A model generated the notes under the pieces. It saw nothing but the letters and a program-made list of their open reading frames with translations, had not been told where the DNA came from and did no database searches. The translations under genes were made by a program, and so were the position numbers. Shown here in pieces: positions 61,460 to 64,000 of a DNA stretch of 64,000 nt. This DNA is from Squalus acanthias. Its lineage: Eukaryota. The stretch is from positions 112,966,001 to 113,030,000 of the forward strand of contig CM059432.1 of NCBI GenBank assembly GCA_030390025.1, in the 5' to 3' direction. How positions within the stretch are numbered: position 1 is the stretch's first letter; every line of letters begins with the position of its first letter.

Positions 61460-64000
61460 TGATAGTACTAGGAATCACTGTACATCAAGTCTAGAAATCA
61501 CTGTACACCCATTCTAAAAATTAAAGTACACCCGCTCTAGAAACAACAGTACACCCAGTATAAGAATCACTGTTCACCCGGTCTAGGAATCACTATACAC
61601 CCGGTCTAGGAATCACTGTAAAGCCGGTCTAGGAATCACTGTACACCCGGTCTAGGAATCACTGTACACCCGGTCTAGGAATTAATGTACACCTGGTCTA
61701 GGAATTAATGTACACCCGGTCTAGGGATTACTGTACACCCGGTCTAGGAATCACTGTACACCTGGTCGAGGGATTACTGTACACCCGGTCTAGGAATCAT
61801 TGTACACCCAGTCAAGGAATTTCAAAAAAAAATTGTTTATGGGATGTGGGTGTCGCTGGCAAGGCCAGCATTTATTGCCCATCCCTAATTGCCCTTGAGA
61901 AGGTGGTGGTGAGCCGCCTTCTTGAACCGCTGCAGTCCGTGTGGTGAAGATACTCCCACAGTGCTGTTAGGGAGGGAGTTCCAGGATTTTGACCCAGCGA
62001 AGATGAAGGATCGGCGATATACTTCTAAGTCAGGATGGTGTGTGACTTGGAGGGGAATTGGAGCTGGTGGTGTTCCCATGCGCCTGCTGCCCTTGTCCTT
62101 CTAGGTGGAAGAGGTCGCGGGTTTGGGAGGTGCTGTTGAAGAAGCTTGGCAAGTTGCTGCAGTGCATCTTGTAGATGGTACACACTGCAGCCAGAGTACA
62201 CTGGTGGTGGAGGGAATGAATGTTTGAGGTGTTGGATGGGGTGCCAATCAAGCGGGTTGATTTGTCCTGGATAGTGTCGAGCTTCTTGAGTGTTGTTGGA
62301 GCTGCACTCATCCAGGCAAGTGGAGAGCATTACATCACAGTCCCTATTGTGCCTTGTAGATGGTGGAAAGGCTTTGGAACTTACAGTACACCTGGTCTAG
62401 GAATCATTGTACACCCGGTCTATGAATCACTGTACACCTGGTCTAGGAATCACTGTACACCCGGTCTAGGAATCATTGTACACCCGGTCTACGAATCACT
62501 GTACACCCAGTCTAGGAATCATTGTACACCCGGTCTATGAATCATTGTACACCCGGTCTACGAATCACTGTACACCTGGTCTAGGACTCAATGTAAACCC
62601 GGTCTAGGAATCACTATATACCCAGTCTAGGAATCACTGTACACCCGGTGTTGGAATCACTGTACACCAGGTCTAGGACTCAATGTACACCCGTTCTAGA
62701 AATCACTGTCCACCCGGTATAGGAATCACTGTACACTCAGTCTAGGAATCGCTGTACACCCGGTCTTGGAATCACTGTCCACCCGGTCTAGGAATCACTG
62801 TCCACACGGTATAGGAATTACTGTACACCCGGTCTAGGAATCATTGTACACCCGGTCTAGGAATCATTGTACACCCGGTCTAGGAATCACTGTCCACACG
62901 GTATAGGAATCACTGTACACCAGCTATAGGAATTACTGTACACCAGGTATAGGAATCAGTGTACACCCGGTCTAGGAATCAGTGTACACTCGGTCTATGA
63001 ATTACTGCAAACCCTGTCTAGGAATCACTGTACACCCAGTCTAGGAATCACTATACACTCAGTCTAGGAATCGCTGTACACCTGGTATAGGAATCATTGT
63101 ACACCCGGTCTAAGAATTACTGTACACCCAGTCTAGCAATCAGTGAACACCCAGACTAGGAATCACTATACACCCAGTCTAGGAATCACTGTACACCCAG
63201 TCTAGGAATCACTGTACACCCAGTCTAGGAATCACTATACACCCAGATTGGGATCACTGTTCACCCAGACTAGGAATCACTGTTCACCCGGTCTAGAGAT
63301 CACTGTTCACCCGGTCTGGGAATCACTATACACTCAGTCTAGGAATCACTGTTCACCCGGTCTAGGAATCACAGTACACCCAGTCCAGGAATCATTGTAC
63401 ACCCGGTCTGGGAATCACTGTACACCCGGTCTGGGAATCACTGTACACCCAGTCCAGGAATCACTGTACACCCGGTCTAGGAATCACTGTACACCCAGTC
63501 TAGGAATCACTGTACACCCAGTCCAGGAATCACTGTACACCCGCTCTAGGAATCAATGTACAACCGGTCTAGGAATCATTGTACACCCGGTCTAGGAATC
63601 ACTGTAAACCAGGTATAGGAATTACTGTACACCCGGTCTAGGAATCATTGTACACCCGGTCTAGGAATCACTGTCCACACGGTATAGGAATCACTGCACA
63701 CCAGCTATAGGAATTACTGTACACCAGGTATTGGAATCAGTGTACACCCGGTCTAGGAATCAGTGTACACTCGGTCTATGAATTACTGCAAACCCTGTCT
63801 AGGAATCACTGTACACCCAGTCTAGGAATCACTATACACTCAGTCTAGGAATCGCTGTACACCTGGTATAGGAATCATTGTACACCCGGTCTAAGAATTA
63901 CTGTACACCCAGTCTAGCAATCAGTGAACACCCAGACTAGGAATCACTATACACCCAGACTAGGAATCACTGTACACCCAGTCTAGGAATCACTATACAC
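61460..64000. repeat. 23-bp minisatellite (consensus GGTCTAGGAATCACTGTACACCC), running off the right edge
   Basis: Unit at 61626, 61649, 61672; interrupted by a LINE fragment. Confidence 0.97.
61822..62378 (-). mobile_element. CR1/L2-group LINE 3' fragment inside the minisatellite
   Basis: SAAPTTLKKLDTIQDK...SLHHQCTLAAVCTIYKMHC...SFIFAGSKSWNSLP. Confidence 0.85.

Noticed and set aside
61460..64000. CRISPR-like array or repetitive ORFs in the right repeat
   Set aside because: Pure 23-bp tandem repeat without spacers.

Overview
Vertebrate genomic DNA, most likely a cartilaginous fish (shark) judging by its repeat families. The only host gene is the 3' end of ZFPM2 (FOG2) on the + strand: two internal exons (10607-10813, 12560-12784) and the large terminal coding exon (16628-19149), together encoding all eight zinc fingers, followed by a ~1 kb 3' UTR with miR-200/miR-130-type seed matches and an AATAAA. 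The rest is repeats: a 35-bp minisatellite at the left edge, a 23-bp minisatellite at the right edge, many CR1/L2 LINEs, Deu-domain tRNA SINEs, a solo LTR, a Gmr1-order Gypsy relic, and a dense set of PIF/Harbinger elements (one transposase+Myb element, four Myb-only derivatives, several MITEs with 3-bp TSDs). The most notable observations are: (1) four ~90-120 bp TSD-flanked insertions that each begin at a minimal Penelope-type hammerhead ribozyme; (2) a TSD-flanked, ORF1-only Tx1/L1-like retroelement inserted in the tRNA head of a SINE; (3) a Myb-only Harbinger family in which a Penelope-derived hairpin sits where the transposase was deleted; and (4) two deep nested-insertion stacks. All coordinates were read by eye, and repeat family names come from recognition, not database searches.
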